DNA of 64,000 bases from a virus (lineage: Duplodnaviria > Heunggongvirae > Uroviricota > Caudoviricetes). Numbering within the stretch: position 1 is the stretch's first letter; each line of letters begins with the position of its first letter. A program made the position numbers and the translations under genes. Positions 51,836 through 62,080 of this stretch are shown one piece after another. The notes below the pieces were generated by a model. That model searched no databases and had not been told where the DNA came from. It was given only the letters and a program-made list of their open reading frames with translations. The stretch is taken from IMG/VR virus record IMGVR_UViG_3300042934_000212. One strand, given 5' to 3'.

Positions 51836-52993
51836 TCAAGGGTTTTTTGGTGGATCGAGAGGTTTATTTTCCTCAGACGCTGTTTCGCGATAAGCCAAAT
51901 TACGGATTAACGAAACAGTTTCTTCATCCACCTTTGTTGATGCCTGATTCTGCAATTTCATAATCAACAACGGTACGAGTACTTCCTGGATTTCACCAAG
52001 TTTGTTGAGGTTGTTCAAGAAACGCTTGTTCACGGTCACTAATGACATTTCTGAAATATCAGTAGTTGCACGTAGTTTCATTAAACGTTCCTGACGAAGC
52101 TCAAACTCATACGCATCTTCTTCAGTTGCAATAACGTACTGGCAACCAATGATGCCGTGCTCTACGTTATCCTTAATGTCTTTGATCTTATCCTGGATAC
52201 CCTTGAACATTGTACTGATGCCACTGAACTTAGTCGGGTCAATTGCAACTGCATTGTTCAAACGATTCAGAATAGTACTAATATCGTCTTTCTCAACTTC
52301 AATGTCTTTCTTGGAGCCAGTTACACGCTGGAACCATGTACGCTTAAGAGGGAATAGAGATTCAAGAACGTTAGTCAGATTATCGAATACACCCATGATG
52401 TAATCGCTATTGGTCTGAAGAACGTTAACCAGATTCATTTGTTCCTGCGACAGTTCACGGTTGCTTGTAGTAATCTCAGTACTACAAACTTCGAAGTTCT
52501 CAACCCAATCAAGTACCGTCAATGGACGGAAACGGAAGTCGCTTTTCATCTCTTTAATAGCAGGCAAGCGTGGGTCATTAAGATCCAGATCTTTACGAGT
52601 AAAAGTAATCGGTGCTGGAATTGCTGGAGTCTGGTTTTCCATAACTACAGGTTTAGCACGACCCGCTTCATACTCTTTGTATTCAAGTTGTAATGCTGGA
52701 GTTGCGATTTCTTTGATACCAATACGACCAAAGTAAATATCATCCATCATCATTTCAAGTACACGAAGGCGAGTACTATCGTAGTAGATTTCATTCAAGT
52801 CTAAAGAACGAACATCAAAAATTGGCATACCGTTTGCGTCATAATTACGACTGACGATAACGTTGAACATGTATTTTTTCTGTACGTTTTTATCAAATAC
52901 TTTCAGCAAAGAGTTACGAACATAGTCGTAATCGAATTCCTGAATTTCGATGCTTGTACCCGTAGAATCCTTGAAGAAATATTTGCCTTTCAT
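51836..52993 (-). CDS. helical protein, possibly a divergent TelA-like partner
   Basis: 385-aa ORF; C-terminal half helical with WFQR..G and IQEVLVPL segments; adjacent to telA. Confidence 0.5.
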   Translation of the reverse strand: MKGKYFFKDSTGTSIEIQEFDYDYVRNSLLKVFDKNVQKKYMFNVIVSRNYDANGMPIFDVRSLDLNEIYYDSTRLRVLEMMMDDIYFGRIGIKEIATPALQLEYKEYEAGRAKPVVMENQTPAIPAPITFTRKDLDLNDPRLPAIKEMKSDFRFRPLTVLDWVENFEVCSTEITTSNRELSQEQMNLVNVLQTNSDYIMGVFDNLTNVLESLFPLKRTWFQRVTGSKKDIEVEKDDISTILNRLNNAVAIDPTKFSGISTMFKGIQDKIKDIKDNVEHGIIGCQYVIATEEDAYEFELRQERLMKLRATTDISEMSLVTVNKRFLNNLNKLGEIQEVLVPLLIMKLQNQASTKVDEETVSLIRNLAYRETASEENKPLDPPKNP

Positions 52994-53276
52994 GATTATC
53001 TCTCTATTAATTAAAAATTGGGGGCGTTAACCCCCAAGTAAATCTTAACGCCAGGTTACTTTAGCCACTGATGCAGTCGCTACAACTTTAAGTACCGAGA
53101 AGTCGCGATCTGGATTTTCTTGTGCTAGACGTGCTGCTTCTGCTTTCGCTGATGCTTCAGTCGAGTGTGGTTTTGGTTTACCTGACATTGAACTCTGTCC
53201 AGTTGCCTTAGTAGTGCTGACAACAATATACTTTCCAGTTTCCATCCAATTTCCTATTTGTTTAAGTTTACTTTTT

Positions 53277-53906
53277 TTATTTCATAATGTCAAGGTCACG
53301 TAGTGCCTGAACTGATGCTGGTGAAAGACCTGCCGCATTAAGTTCATCTTGAACTGTAGCGTGTGCCGTTGGTGGTACAAACGTTGGTACTACCGCTTCA
53401 ACTGGTGCTTCAGCAGTTACTGCTTTTGAACCCTTTGACTTAGTTGGTGCTTCATCTGCTGGCTCATCTGCACGAGTGCTACGTGCTGGTGTATCTTCGG
53501 TACGTGGAACGTACTGAGCTTTACGTGCTGCACGGCGAGCGGCATATTTCGCTGCTTCTTTCGCTTCACGCTCTGGTGCTTTTTCTGCACGGTAAGCCGC
53601 CACACGTTCTGCTTCAGCTTCGATGTTCTTCTGACGCTGAACAGCGGTGCCTACTGGAGTTACTTCAAAGCTGGTGAAGATGCTTGGGATGATAGTGATT
53701 TCACCATCGTCATGGTCTTTCACTACTGCATAAAGCAGATCATCCATATCAACCGAACGTAGATTATGACCTGCAATAGTGCGGTCGGTGTTATGAGCCT
53801 GCTGTACATAAGAAAAAATACCATTCTCACGATCAACAGTGATTTCTACAACGCTGGTGGCTTTGAAAGAAGCTTTTTCGGTAAAGAAGAAGTTAATGGT
53901 GTACAT
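53277..53906 (-). CDS. hypothetical protein with an Ala/Lys/Arg-rich C-terminus
   Basis: 209-aa ORF. Confidence 0.6.
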   Translation of the reverse strand: MYTINFFFTEKASFKATSVVEITVDRENGIFSYVQQAHNTDRTIAGHNLRSVDMDDLLYAVVKDHDDGEITIIPSIFTSFEVTPVGTAVQRQKNIEAEAERVAAYRAEKAPEREAKEAAKYAARRAARKAQYVPRTEDTPARSTRADEPADEAPTKSKGSKAVTAEAPVEAVVPTFVPPTAHATVQDELNAAGLSPASVQALRDLDIMK

Positions 53907-54042
53907 CGTATTTCCTTTTTAGGTTTTTAAAGTATAATTTATTTTCGCAGAAAACGCAGCGGGTTACCGCTGTCTTCATGTGGTAAATGATAGGGCAAAA
54001 CGCATGACATGTCAAGCGACAAAAACAAAAAAGGACGAAAAA

Positions 54043-54837
54043 TTACGTCCTTTTGATATTCCAATGAAATGAAGTAACGGGAACAAATCTCTCAGGTGCT
54101 GGAGTTAAGTCGTACATCGTCGCATTTCTAAATTTTAAAATGTATGTATTCTGTAAAGATGCTACTGCTTTGTTCAAAGCTTGCATAGCACGTTCTTTCC
54201 AGAAGTTTGCATACGGTTCAGGACACTTAAGGTAGTCGTACCTGTACATACCTAAACTGGCTTGTATTAGTCGGTGTGGAGCTTCTGTCCTGCCATCAAC
54301 TAAGCTTGCACCATGTTGTACGGACGTCCATCCTGGAATCCCAGGTAATGAACAAAACAAATCAAAATCTCTGATACTTACGCACATAGTCGAATCAACA
54401 ATCTGATTATGGATTACAGCATCTTTAACAGTACTGTATAAATTAAAATCCATGTAAGCAGGTTTGTTATCGAACACATGCTGTAGTTCATTATATGTTG
54501 TAGGTACTGGTAGTTCTGGTAATAACTCACCAAAAACTTCTACACAAAATATCTTCCATAGACCATAGGTGAACGCTATCTCTGCGTCGTAAAGTTCATC
54601 AATCATATATCGACCTCTAAGCCGTTTTTCATTGATGAAAACTTTACGAGCTAAGTATGAACGTAACACCATTTCAGTACTTACATCACGCCTGTTAATG
54701 TTGTCGTAATTTTTACCAATACGATTGATTTCGTAAGTTCTGACATACATCCTCTTACTTAATCCAACATTACCTTCTGATTGTAAAGATGTTCTTGTAC
54801 TTTCATGAAGTGCCACTAACATATTATAAATTTTCAT
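54043..54837 (-). CDS. hypothetical protein
   Basis: 264-aa ORF. Confidence 0.6.
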   Translation of the reverse strand: MKIYNMLVALHESTRTSLQSEGNVGLSKRMYVRTYEINRIGKNYDNINRRDVSTEMVLRSYLARKVFINEKRLRGRYMIDELYDAEIAFTYGLWKIFCVEVFGELLPELPVPTTYNELQHVFDNKPAYMDFNLYSTVKDAVIHNQIVDSTMCVSIRDFDLFCSLPGIPGWTSVQHGASLVDGRTEAPHRLIQASLGMYRYDYLKCPEPYANFWKERAMQALNKAVASLQNTYILKFRNATMYDLTPAPERFVPVTSFHWNIKRT

Positions 54838-55520
54838 TATCGAAGTACTACATATTTTCCGTTAATGCCAACGATATATTCGTTACCGGATTTAAGTACT
54901 TCGTAATTTTCCCCAAGAACAGCACTCAATCGTGTTTGGTCTAGGCTTGTGTCTTCGTTCAGTAAGTTCTTTACATATGATTCGTTCACAATACCAGAAC
55001 CTTTGCTGTAATGCAACTCCGGCCCGTAAACACTTTTAATGCAAATTGATTCATTTACAATATCAACATTCACTGCTGCGAAGTCAAAGAATTCGCGTAG
55101 TTCTTCTTCACTAACTAGTTCCATATCATTAGTAATCTCATCAATATCCAAATCGATAGGATCATTAACTCCATACATCTGCAATTTCCAATCTGGATTA
55201 GGGCAAATGTTCTCAATGGATTTAATAAGTGCAATAAGCTTGTTAGGGAATTCTCCATCACGCTCGAACTCTACGAAGACTTGGTATAAACCATCAACGT
55301 TGGGTGTTTCTGCTGCTTCGGTATCAATAACATCTACTGGTGAACGTTCGATAAATGAACTTAAATCATATGCAGCATCGAAGTTATCTTTTACTAGAAA
55401 CATCACTACGATATTGGTATCGTCAATCTTAGGCGTATATTCATCTACACTAATTACTGGATGAATCAAATCCTTCAGTACTAATGGACGTAATGCCCTT
55501 TCATAAATTCTCTTAGACAT
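54837..55520 (-). CDS. conserved jumbo-phage core hypothetical protein
   Basis: ISVDEY.PKI.D...A.DL..FIE...G.Y.VFVE.ER pattern. Confidence 0.65.
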   Translation of the reverse strand: MSKRIYERALRPLVLKDLIHPVISVDEYTPKIDDTNIVVMFLVKDNFDAAYDLSSFIERSPVDVIDTEAAETPNVDGLYQVFVEFERDGEFPNKLIALIKSIENICPNPDWKLQMYGVNDPIDLDIDEITNDMELVSEEELREFFDFAAVNVDIVNESICIKSVYGPELHYSKGSGIVNESYVKNLLNEDTSLDQTRLSAVLGENYEVLKSGNEYIVGINGKYVVLR

Positions 55521-56092
55521 TACATGCCTCCCTGTTCATCGAATTGAATATCATCCGAACCATCGCCTTGTTGATCCTGGCTTTGGTCATCTTGTGGTTG
55601 TTCTTCTGGAGCAGGTTGTGCTGGGTCTTCGTCGAGTGTATTACTGTTGAAGTCAGAAGCCATAAGTTTATATTCATCAAAACTTTCAGGGTTAACTAAA
55701 CGTCGTGGTATTTGAAACTTGTAAAGAATGATTGCTTTACGTTCGTCTTTCGGTTCACGCATTGCTGCTGAATTACCTAAGACGCTTTGCATGTCCTGAT
55801 TGCCACGTGGGTGAGAAATAGGGTATGTTTCCCAATCTGGACGTACTTTAATAATTGTACCCTGTCTTTCAAAGATCTTTGTAGCTACCGGGTCTGGAAA
55901 TGTTTCATGATCAAATTTAAGCGTGATTTCTACCCAATACTTACTTACGATTGGTCCTTCAACAATTTCACCATATATCCAGTTCTTATAAGCATACAAG
56001 TCCATGTTGTCAAAATATTCCTCTACGCCAAGAAGAATATCAAGTAATCCGTCCTGGTCGTAAAGATTCTGAACTGCTGTTGAACTATCCAT
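55520..56092 (-). CDS. conserved jumbo-phage core hypothetical protein
   Basis: DLYAYKNW..GE.VEGP....YWV pattern; acidic tail. Confidence 0.65.
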   Translation of the reverse strand: MDSSTAVQNLYDQDGLLDILLGVEEYFDNMDLYAYKNWIYGEIVEGPIVSKYWVEITLKFDHETFPDPVATKIFERQGTIIKVRPDWETYPISHPRGNQDMQSVLGNSAAMREPKDERKAIILYKFQIPRRLVNPESFDEYKLMASDFNSNTLDEDPAQPAPEEQPQDDQSQDQQGDGSDDIQFDEQGGM

Positions 56093-56143
56093 GTATATCT
56101 TTCCTTTAAGGTTAATAATATAACCTTATTTACTATTAAAGAT

Positions 56144-56770
56144 TTAGTAATACTCTCCATCAATCTTATAAGTAATATACTCTGCCATCTGGTTCCAGTC
56201 AGTTACGAAATTATACTTAGGATTATCTTTTTCTGTAACATTATGTGTACATTGAAGTACTACCGTATCAAGACCAAGTTCCTGTGCAACATCGATATTA
56301 GCAAGATGGTCATCGACAACAGTAACAATATCGTACTGTGTTGCTAGCTTAGCATAAGTTCCACGTTTAGTTTGATAGTTTTCAAGAATAATAATATCGT
56401 CAAAAATATCACCAAACACATTATGCAAGTTAACTTTGCGTAGTACTTCACCATGACCGAATGTACCACTTTTCGTCACGACAATGAAAGCAACGTCAGG
56501 ATGAAACATTTCTAAGAACGTCATGCGGTCAGTAGTGAATTCATCCATTGGTTCTAGTAGACCAAATTCATATGAATAGAAGTTGAAGTTCTTTAATAGA
56601 TCCATAACCTGTTCACCATCACATTGCAACCAATCTTGGAGATTGTATTGCTTTGGTTCACCAACGGTTTTAATATCGTAATACTTTTCAACGTACTTTT
56701 TAAAACCACCTAAGTGGTTTAGTAGAATTTCGTCACAATCTAGAATTACTGCTTTTTGTTTCTGTGTCAT
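56144..56770 (-). CDS. HAD-superfamily nucleotidase-like protein
   Basis: ILDCDEIL motif I; VVDDH..N motif IV. Confidence 0.75.
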   Translation of the reverse strand: MTQKQKAVILDCDEILLNHLGGFKKYVEKYYDIKTVGEPKQYNLQDWLQCDGEQVMDLLKNFNFYSYEFGLLEPMDEFTTDRMTFLEMFHPDVAFIVVTKSGTFGHGEVLRKVNLHNVFGDIFDDIIILENYQTKRGTYAKLATQYDIVTVVDDHLANIDVAQELGLDTVVLQCTHNVTEKDNPKYNFVTDWNQMAEYITYKIDGEYY

Positions 56771-56781
56771 TAGTTTTCCTA

Positions 56782-57735
56782 TTACATTTGGTCGTTGCAG
56801 ATCAAATCAACTTCACATAGAAGTGCGGATAGGTTCATCTCGCGGTCAGATACAGATGCTTGTTTAACTACTGCATCACGAATCTTAACCTTGATCTTCA
56901 TTTCTTTAATTTCGTCTTTAGTGAACATATCGACATTACGATACAAGAATGAGAAGAAACCATCGATTTCATCTTCTGGAATATTCTGTACAATCTGTTC
57001 ACGCATCTGGCGAATATTACCCGCCTGCATTGCTTCGATAATCGCTGCACGATAACTAGCAGTACTATCAATTGAATCTTCAAGCTTAACTAACTTACCA
57101 CCAACAACTGAACTCTGTAGTGTGTTTAGAGTTTTACGGAAGTCAGGGAATGTACATTTAATGTACTTATTCACAAGGTCAAGACTTTCTTCAGAATCTA
57201 GCTCAACACCTTCAGTAAGAAGGATCTCGATGATACGAGTAGTGAATTCATCTTGGTCATGTTTTTCAATCATAATAGACTGAACACGAGAGATGATTGG
57301 CTTTAGAATCTTGTGTGGTTCATTCGAGGTAAGAATAAAACGAGCATTGTCGTGATAATCTTCCATGATACGTTTTAGTGAACCTTGGGCTTTAATACCC
57401 ATCTGTTCCATTTCTTCAAGTACAAAGATACGGTAATCACCAAATGCGGAAAGACGTGCTGCTGCATCAATCTTTTCACGTACTGCATCCATACCTTCAT
57501 CAGACATGTTAAGAATAGTTACGTCAGACGGATCTACGAAACCATTTTCCACAAGGCCATTGATTAGTACTTTAATCGCAGTAGTTTTACCTGTACCTGC
57601 TGGGCCGAAGAAACCAATATGTGGGATTTGGCCTGTTGCAATCCATTCAAGCATTTTCTGCTTGAAAGCTGGATTTTTAAATACGTATTCTTCTACTGTC
57701 CCTGGGCGGTATTTTTCTGTCCATAGAGAGGTCAT
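56782..57735 (-). CDS. sliding-clamp loader ATPase subunit (T4 gp44/RFC-like)
   Basis: LWTEKYRP, GPAGTGKTT, FILTSN, PIISR, PDFRK motifs. Confidence 0.92.
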   Translation of the reverse strand: MTSLWTEKYRPGTVEEYVFKNPAFKQKMLEWIATGQIPHIGFFGPAGTGKTTAIKVLINGLVENGFVDPSDVTILNMSDEGMDAVREKIDAAARLSAFGDYRIFVLEEMEQMGIKAQGSLKRIMEDYHDNARFILTSNEPHKILKPIISRVQSIMIEKHDQDEFTTRIIEILLTEGVELDSEESLDLVNKYIKCTFPDFRKTLNTLQSSVVGGKLVKLEDSIDSTASYRAAIIEAMQAGNIRQMREQIVQNIPEDEIDGFFSFLYRNVDMFTKDEIKEMKIKVKIRDAVVKQASVSDREMNLSALLCEVDLICNDQM

Positions 57736-58074
57736 TTATTCTTCCTTATATTCATTAATCCAATCTGGATATAAAAGTGCTGTGAAAATATCTTCATTCA
57801 TTTCTATTTGGTCTAAAAGATAATCAAAGGTGTTTGCCATCGTTGGATTTTCCTGACCCATGTTTTTGATATTAGAAGCAGAAACTAACATTGCTTTAAA
57901 TAAATCTTCATCTACTTCAAATACTCTACTCCGGTTCTTTACCGTCTGCATATAAAACTTACCAGACTTATTGAGAGAGATAAGTTTTACATTGTAGAAA
58001 TTAAATTTACCATCAGTTGTTACGCTCATAAAATCTCGACAAAAATAATGCCCTGACAATGCAGGGCATAAAAA

Positions 58075-58395
58075 TTAATATCCTAGTCCTAAGAACTCAG
58101 GTCTTTCATCACCAGCGGCGAGAATACCTTTTGGATAATCTACTAAATTTAGAGAAACATCATCGACTGTGATTGTACGTGACCAACGACCATGTGCAAC
58201 CAGAATCCAATCACCTTCTTTTAGTTCTGTTATATCTTCACCAACGGAATATACTTTAGCCCAACGACTATGTACACCACGTACAGTACCGTCATCATCA
58301 CGTAAGACAATGCCAGATTTAAGAACTTGTTCACCAGTATCTAAATCAGATACTAGAACTTTACCTTTACAAGCAGTAAGTACTTTCGACTCCAT
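58075..58395 (-). CDS. GroES-like co-chaperonin
   Basis: KSGIVL mobile loop, V.SVG....L..GD.ILV. Confidence 0.8.
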   Translation of the reverse strand: MESKVLTACKGKVLVSDLDTGEQVLKSGIVLRDDDGTVRGVHSRWAKVYSVGEDITELKEGDWILVAHGRWSRTITVDDVSLNLVDYPKGILAAGDERPEFLGLGY

Positions 58396-58405
58396 TTGAA
58401 TATCC

Positions 58406-58783
58406 TTATTCTTGATCAGTATCGTCTTTCACAGTTTTAGCACGTTTAACAGGAGCTTTCTTTTCAACCGTTTCAGTTGGCTCACCAGTTGGAGTACTTT
58501 CAAACTGTGAATCGTCAAAACCAGTATCAGCAAAATCCATTGGATCGCCCATCTGTGGAGCAATAGAATGACTTTGATGTTCAGGGCTAATGTCTGGCTT
58601 CTGCAACTCACGTTCACGTTCAGCTAGTAAATCTTCACGCTTCTTAACAACCGTGCCGCCGCGACCAATAATATCGCCACGTGCATTCATGTTAGCGTTG
58701 CCGATTGCTACGCTATGCTGGTGCTGAAACTTCAACATTTCCATGTCGATCTTCTGACCACGATAACTTGTATGTTTTTTCAT
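58406..58783 (-). CDS. conserved hypothetical protein
   Basis: G..IDM..L.......A.GN..MNARGD..G.GG.V motif. Confidence 0.65.
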   Translation of the reverse strand: MKKHTSYRGQKIDMEMLKFQHQHSVAIGNANMNARGDIIGRGGTVVKKREDLLAERERELQKPDISPEHQSHSIAPQMGDPMDFADTGFDDSQFESTPTGEPTETVEKKAPVKRAKTVKDDTDQE

Positions 58784-58811
58784 AAAAATCCTTTTTTACG
58801 TTACTTGGTAC

Positions 58812-58842
58812 ATTATACCATAAAATTTCTTACCATTTCAAA
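58812..58842 (-). promoter_or_regulatory. conserved phage promoter
   Basis: TTGAAA-TGGTAAGAAATTTTATGG-TATAAT. Confidence 0.65.
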
Positions 58843-59348
58843 AATTCGTTAACATCCAAATCGTATTTTAATGAATCAACCATATGTAATTCAATCAAAA
58901 ACAAACAGTAGCTGCTAACAGAACTTCCACGACCTAATCCCCAAAAGATATGGTGTTCTTCAAGATAATCTACAAGCCATATCATACAGCGTAGTAGTTT
59001 AGTCATGTTGTAGTTTTCGAATAGACTTAACTCATATAGTACTCGCTCACGTGCCGCATCAGTACTACATAAGTTTAAAAAGTAGTCTTCTAGATTAATT
59101 TTGTCATAAGCTGGATCGTAACGCCACAATTCATGATTCTTATCATGATCTATTGTGTAGTCCAACATACGTTCTTCTAATCCAAACTTCTTGCAGTTGT
59201 CATTGAACTTTAATCGTTCAGCTTCATCCTGCTCATTAAGTTGGATATAGGTTATATCTGCACCGCAGTTAATTGCATATACTACGGCGTTCAGATCTAA
59301 ACGTACATCACCATGATCGCTTATAGACCGATTTCCTTGTACTTTCAT
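58830..59348 (-). CDS. DNA polymerase III alpha (DnaE)-like stand-alone fragment
   Basis: RV.YEL......M......LVDY......WGLGRGSSVSSY.LFL...H.VD.LKYDL matches the DnaE palm GxGRGS region. Confidence 0.8.
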   Translation of the reverse strand: MKVQGNRSISDHGDVRLDLNAVVYAINCGADITYIQLNEQDEAERLKFNDNCKKFGLEERMLDYTIDHDKNHELWRYDPAYDKINLEDYFLNLCSTDAARERVLYELSLFENYNMTKLLRCMIWLVDYLEEHHIFWGLGRGSSVSSYCLFLIELHMVDSLKYDLDVNEFLKW

Positions 59349-59613
59349 TTTTCACATCATCAGTTGAATTAAGATACTTATCTGAATCAAATACACATGA
59401 ATTATTTTCTTTCTGAACTTGTTCAAGATCATTCTTAGCTTGACGAGAACGTAGTTCATCTTCACATGCATGAATTACAGAAAACATTTGCTGTACTACT
59501 TCGTATTGAACACCCGCAGAACGGGCGTTACTTACTCGTATTGACATTTCATTAATTTTATCAAAAAGTTCCTGATTATTCAATGGTGATGGATCAAAAA
59601 ATGGATGGAACAT
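59308..59613 (-). CDS. hypothetical protein
   Basis: 101-aa ORF starting MFHPF. Confidence 0.6.
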   Translation of the reverse strand: MFHPFFDPSPLNNQELFDKINEMSIRVSNARSAGVQYEVVQQMFSVIHACEDELRSRQAKNDLEQVQKENNSCVFDSDKYLNSTDDVKNESTRKSVYKRSW

Positions 59614-59622
59614 AGATCCCCC

Positions 59623-62010
59623 TTATTGGAATAAGTTCGGTGACTTTAATACTGCCATAAACGTTTCACGTTCATAGCGTTTATTATTTTGTACGTAGTA
59701 ATCAAATTCAACAGCAGTAACTTCAAACTCTAAGTTTAATAAACTACCGTGTTCATTGTTCTGAACAAGTGTGTTGAAGAATGTTTCACCTGTACCTGGC
59801 TGCAAATATGCAACTACGATATTAGGGAAATACATAGCTTTGATATTATCTTCTACGTATGGATGGTTCATATAACGTGGAACAGTATCAATCATTTCAT
59901 CTGATAGACCATTAATAGCATCTACCACAACACCACGATTATTCAAATCCGTTGGATCTGATAATAGGTTTTGTGTATCTTCTCCTAATACAAGATATGC
60001 ATTTTGACGAAGACCATAGATTTCAGAAATGACGTTCGAACTGTAGTCGGTGTAAACAAGAGGCTTAAGACTTAAATTTACAATCGTTCCTTGAGGATGA
60101 ACTTCTCTGTACAGTACATCATACAGTACGTTTCCTAGATTGTCAAGTGCAGAACGCACTTTATAATTACCTAGTACTAACCTGAATGAACTATCTGGAG
60201 TTGCAGCACCTGCTGTAGTGTTAATTATATTATTCCTAATCTTATTGATCGTTGGTTTAATACCATCCCATTGCATTGTAGGATTTACAAGATTCTCTTT
60301 TAGTAAGATTCGTGGTATTTTTTGAATACCATAACGCGGATCTACTGCTCTGTAATATGAGGCTTTGCTAAACGCATTCGAACTTATGGTGTTGAACCAT
60401 TGACGTTCCATTGTTAGAGAAGGACAAATATCAGCACTCATATAGTTCTGACCAAATCCACGTACAATAGTTATCTTAAATCTTTGTGTAAGGTACTTAC
60501 CAGTTTTATCAGTAGCTACTACGTCGAATTCAAGATTAATATCATCGTTAGCAGAGAAATCTGAGCCTAATGCATATGCCGTTCCGATAACAGTACCGTC
60601 AGCACTTAAATCTAGTCCGTATTTACGAATATCATTTGGTGAAGTACTTTCATTGATAGTATATGAAATCAAATCAGAACCTGATGCAACTATCTTAGGA
60701 TAAACAGTGTGACCGAAGTATTCGCCTACATGGATAGTACCTAGATTAGAGTCGGTTTCAAATGCAATATCAGAACCAGTTTCATCATTGATTACAATTC
60801 TGAAAATTCTACTGTTGTTAATTGAACTTGAACCTAAACTTTTATTATACACACCTAAATCATACCATTTTGACGAATCGTAATCTGTATAACTGTTACT
60901 TTCAAAAATATTCTCACCTACAACATATGGATATACATTTGTATCTTTTAGTTGATAGAGGTGGTTAGGTGTTGGTTTATCTTTAAATGTAGTAACATCA
61001 TCTGGTGCAATCCATGTCTGGTATGCACGGAAACGTTTACCAATATAGTACGCACTCGCTTGTGATGTATAGAACTTATCAACAGCAACGACCCGAACTT
61101 TAATGTACGCATCAATTGGATCTGAATCATATAACATAGTTTGAGTAATCTGACCGTTGTTACCATTAAACTTTAATCCAGTACTGACTAGAGCACCAGT
61201 ACTGTCTTTGATTAGCAAAGGTATTTCTTCTATCAAACCGGCAGACATATCAGGTACGATAATAGTTCCCGAACCTGTAATGTGACTTGATGGTATTTCA
61301 GAATCGGTTATAGTTAGAATTTCATATGCAGGCATAAACACATTCGTTACCCCTGAAATAGTCTGACTATTACCAAACGCTTGAACAAACAATCTTGATT
61401 CTGCACCGTAACCAATTCCACCTATTGTGTATAGATTAGTTCCGTGAGTTACTAAGTCAGGTGTTAACCAAACTTCATTAACTGTGTTGTAGTTTAATGT
61501 TGCAGTACTTACACCGATAACACCGCTGGCTGATGTATTTGCAACCTGATCATCAATTAATGTTATTTCATTGATGCTGTCGATATTGAATGTCAATGAT
61601 TCTGGACCATCCCAAATACCATCTTGGGGACATTCTATTTTAAAATAATAGGCATCAATTGATGTAACTGATCCTAAATTGAAGTTCTTATTACTGAACT
61701 TAACTACATGTGACCCTTGGGTTGAGGATGAGCCTGTTCCTGCTTTACCAATAAGAACTAACGTAGAAAGACTTTCACCAACTGATACTATAAAATCACG
61801 TTCCTCAAGAGTTTCCCCTTTACCAACTATATTGAAACTAAATTCCAAGTATTGGTCATCTTCTAAAATATAAGTACTATCTGTACTACTTGTATTATTT
61901 TTAGAAAGTTGTAATCTGAAGTATGTTGTCTGTCCTTCCTGTATTGAATTGGTATCAGCTTTCAAATCCCATTTGGGTTCGAAGTTTGCCATATAAAATC
62001 TCCAAAACAT
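59623..62010 (-). CDS. probable virion structural protein (baseplate-like)
   Basis: 795-aa S/T/N/G-rich beta-type composition with Ig/cadherin-like GL.L..DG...GT segments. Confidence 0.55.
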   Translation of the reverse strand: MFWRFYMANFEPKWDLKADTNSIQEGQTTYFRLQLSKNNTSSTDSTYILEDDQYLEFSFNIVGKGETLEERDFIVSVGESLSTLVLIGKAGTGSSSTQGSHVVKFSNKNFNLGSVTSIDAYYFKIECPQDGIWDGPESLTFNIDSINEITLIDDQVANTSASGVIGVSTATLNYNTVNEVWLTPDLVTHGTNLYTIGGIGYGAESRLFVQAFGNSQTISGVTNVFMPAYEILTITDSEIPSSHITGSGTIIVPDMSAGLIEEIPLLIKDSTGALVSTGLKFNGNNGQITQTMLYDSDPIDAYIKVRVVAVDKFYTSQASAYYIGKRFRAYQTWIAPDDVTTFKDKPTPNHLYQLKDTNVYPYVVGENIFESNSYTDYDSSKWYDLGVYNKSLGSSSINNSRIFRIVINDETGSDIAFETDSNLGTIHVGEYFGHTVYPKIVASGSDLISYTINESTSPNDIRKYGLDLSADGTVIGTAYALGSDFSANDDINLEFDVVATDKTGKYLTQRFKITIVRGFGQNYMSADICPSLTMERQWFNTISSNAFSKASYYRAVDPRYGIQKIPRILLKENLVNPTMQWDGIKPTINKIRNNIINTTAGAATPDSSFRLVLGNYKVRSALDNLGNVLYDVLYREVHPQGTIVNLSLKPLVYTDYSSNVISEIYGLRQNAYLVLGEDTQNLLSDPTDLNNRGVVVDAINGLSDEMIDTVPRYMNHPYVEDNIKAMYFPNIVVAYLQPGTGETFFNTLVQNNEHGSLLNLEFEVTAVEFDYYVQNNKRYERETFMAVLKSPNLFQ

Positions 62011-62080
62011 AAAAAGCTTTGTGGTATTTATGATACCGCTTTACAAAAAAATAAAGGACGCATAAGCGTCCTTAGTTATA

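Noticed and set aside
1055-61873. Plus-strand ORFs in the supplied track (e.g. 2416-3000, 13524-13943, 27975-28412, 55039-55464)
   Set aside because: They are antisense shadows of minus-strand genes or tRNAs, with no recognisable motifs.
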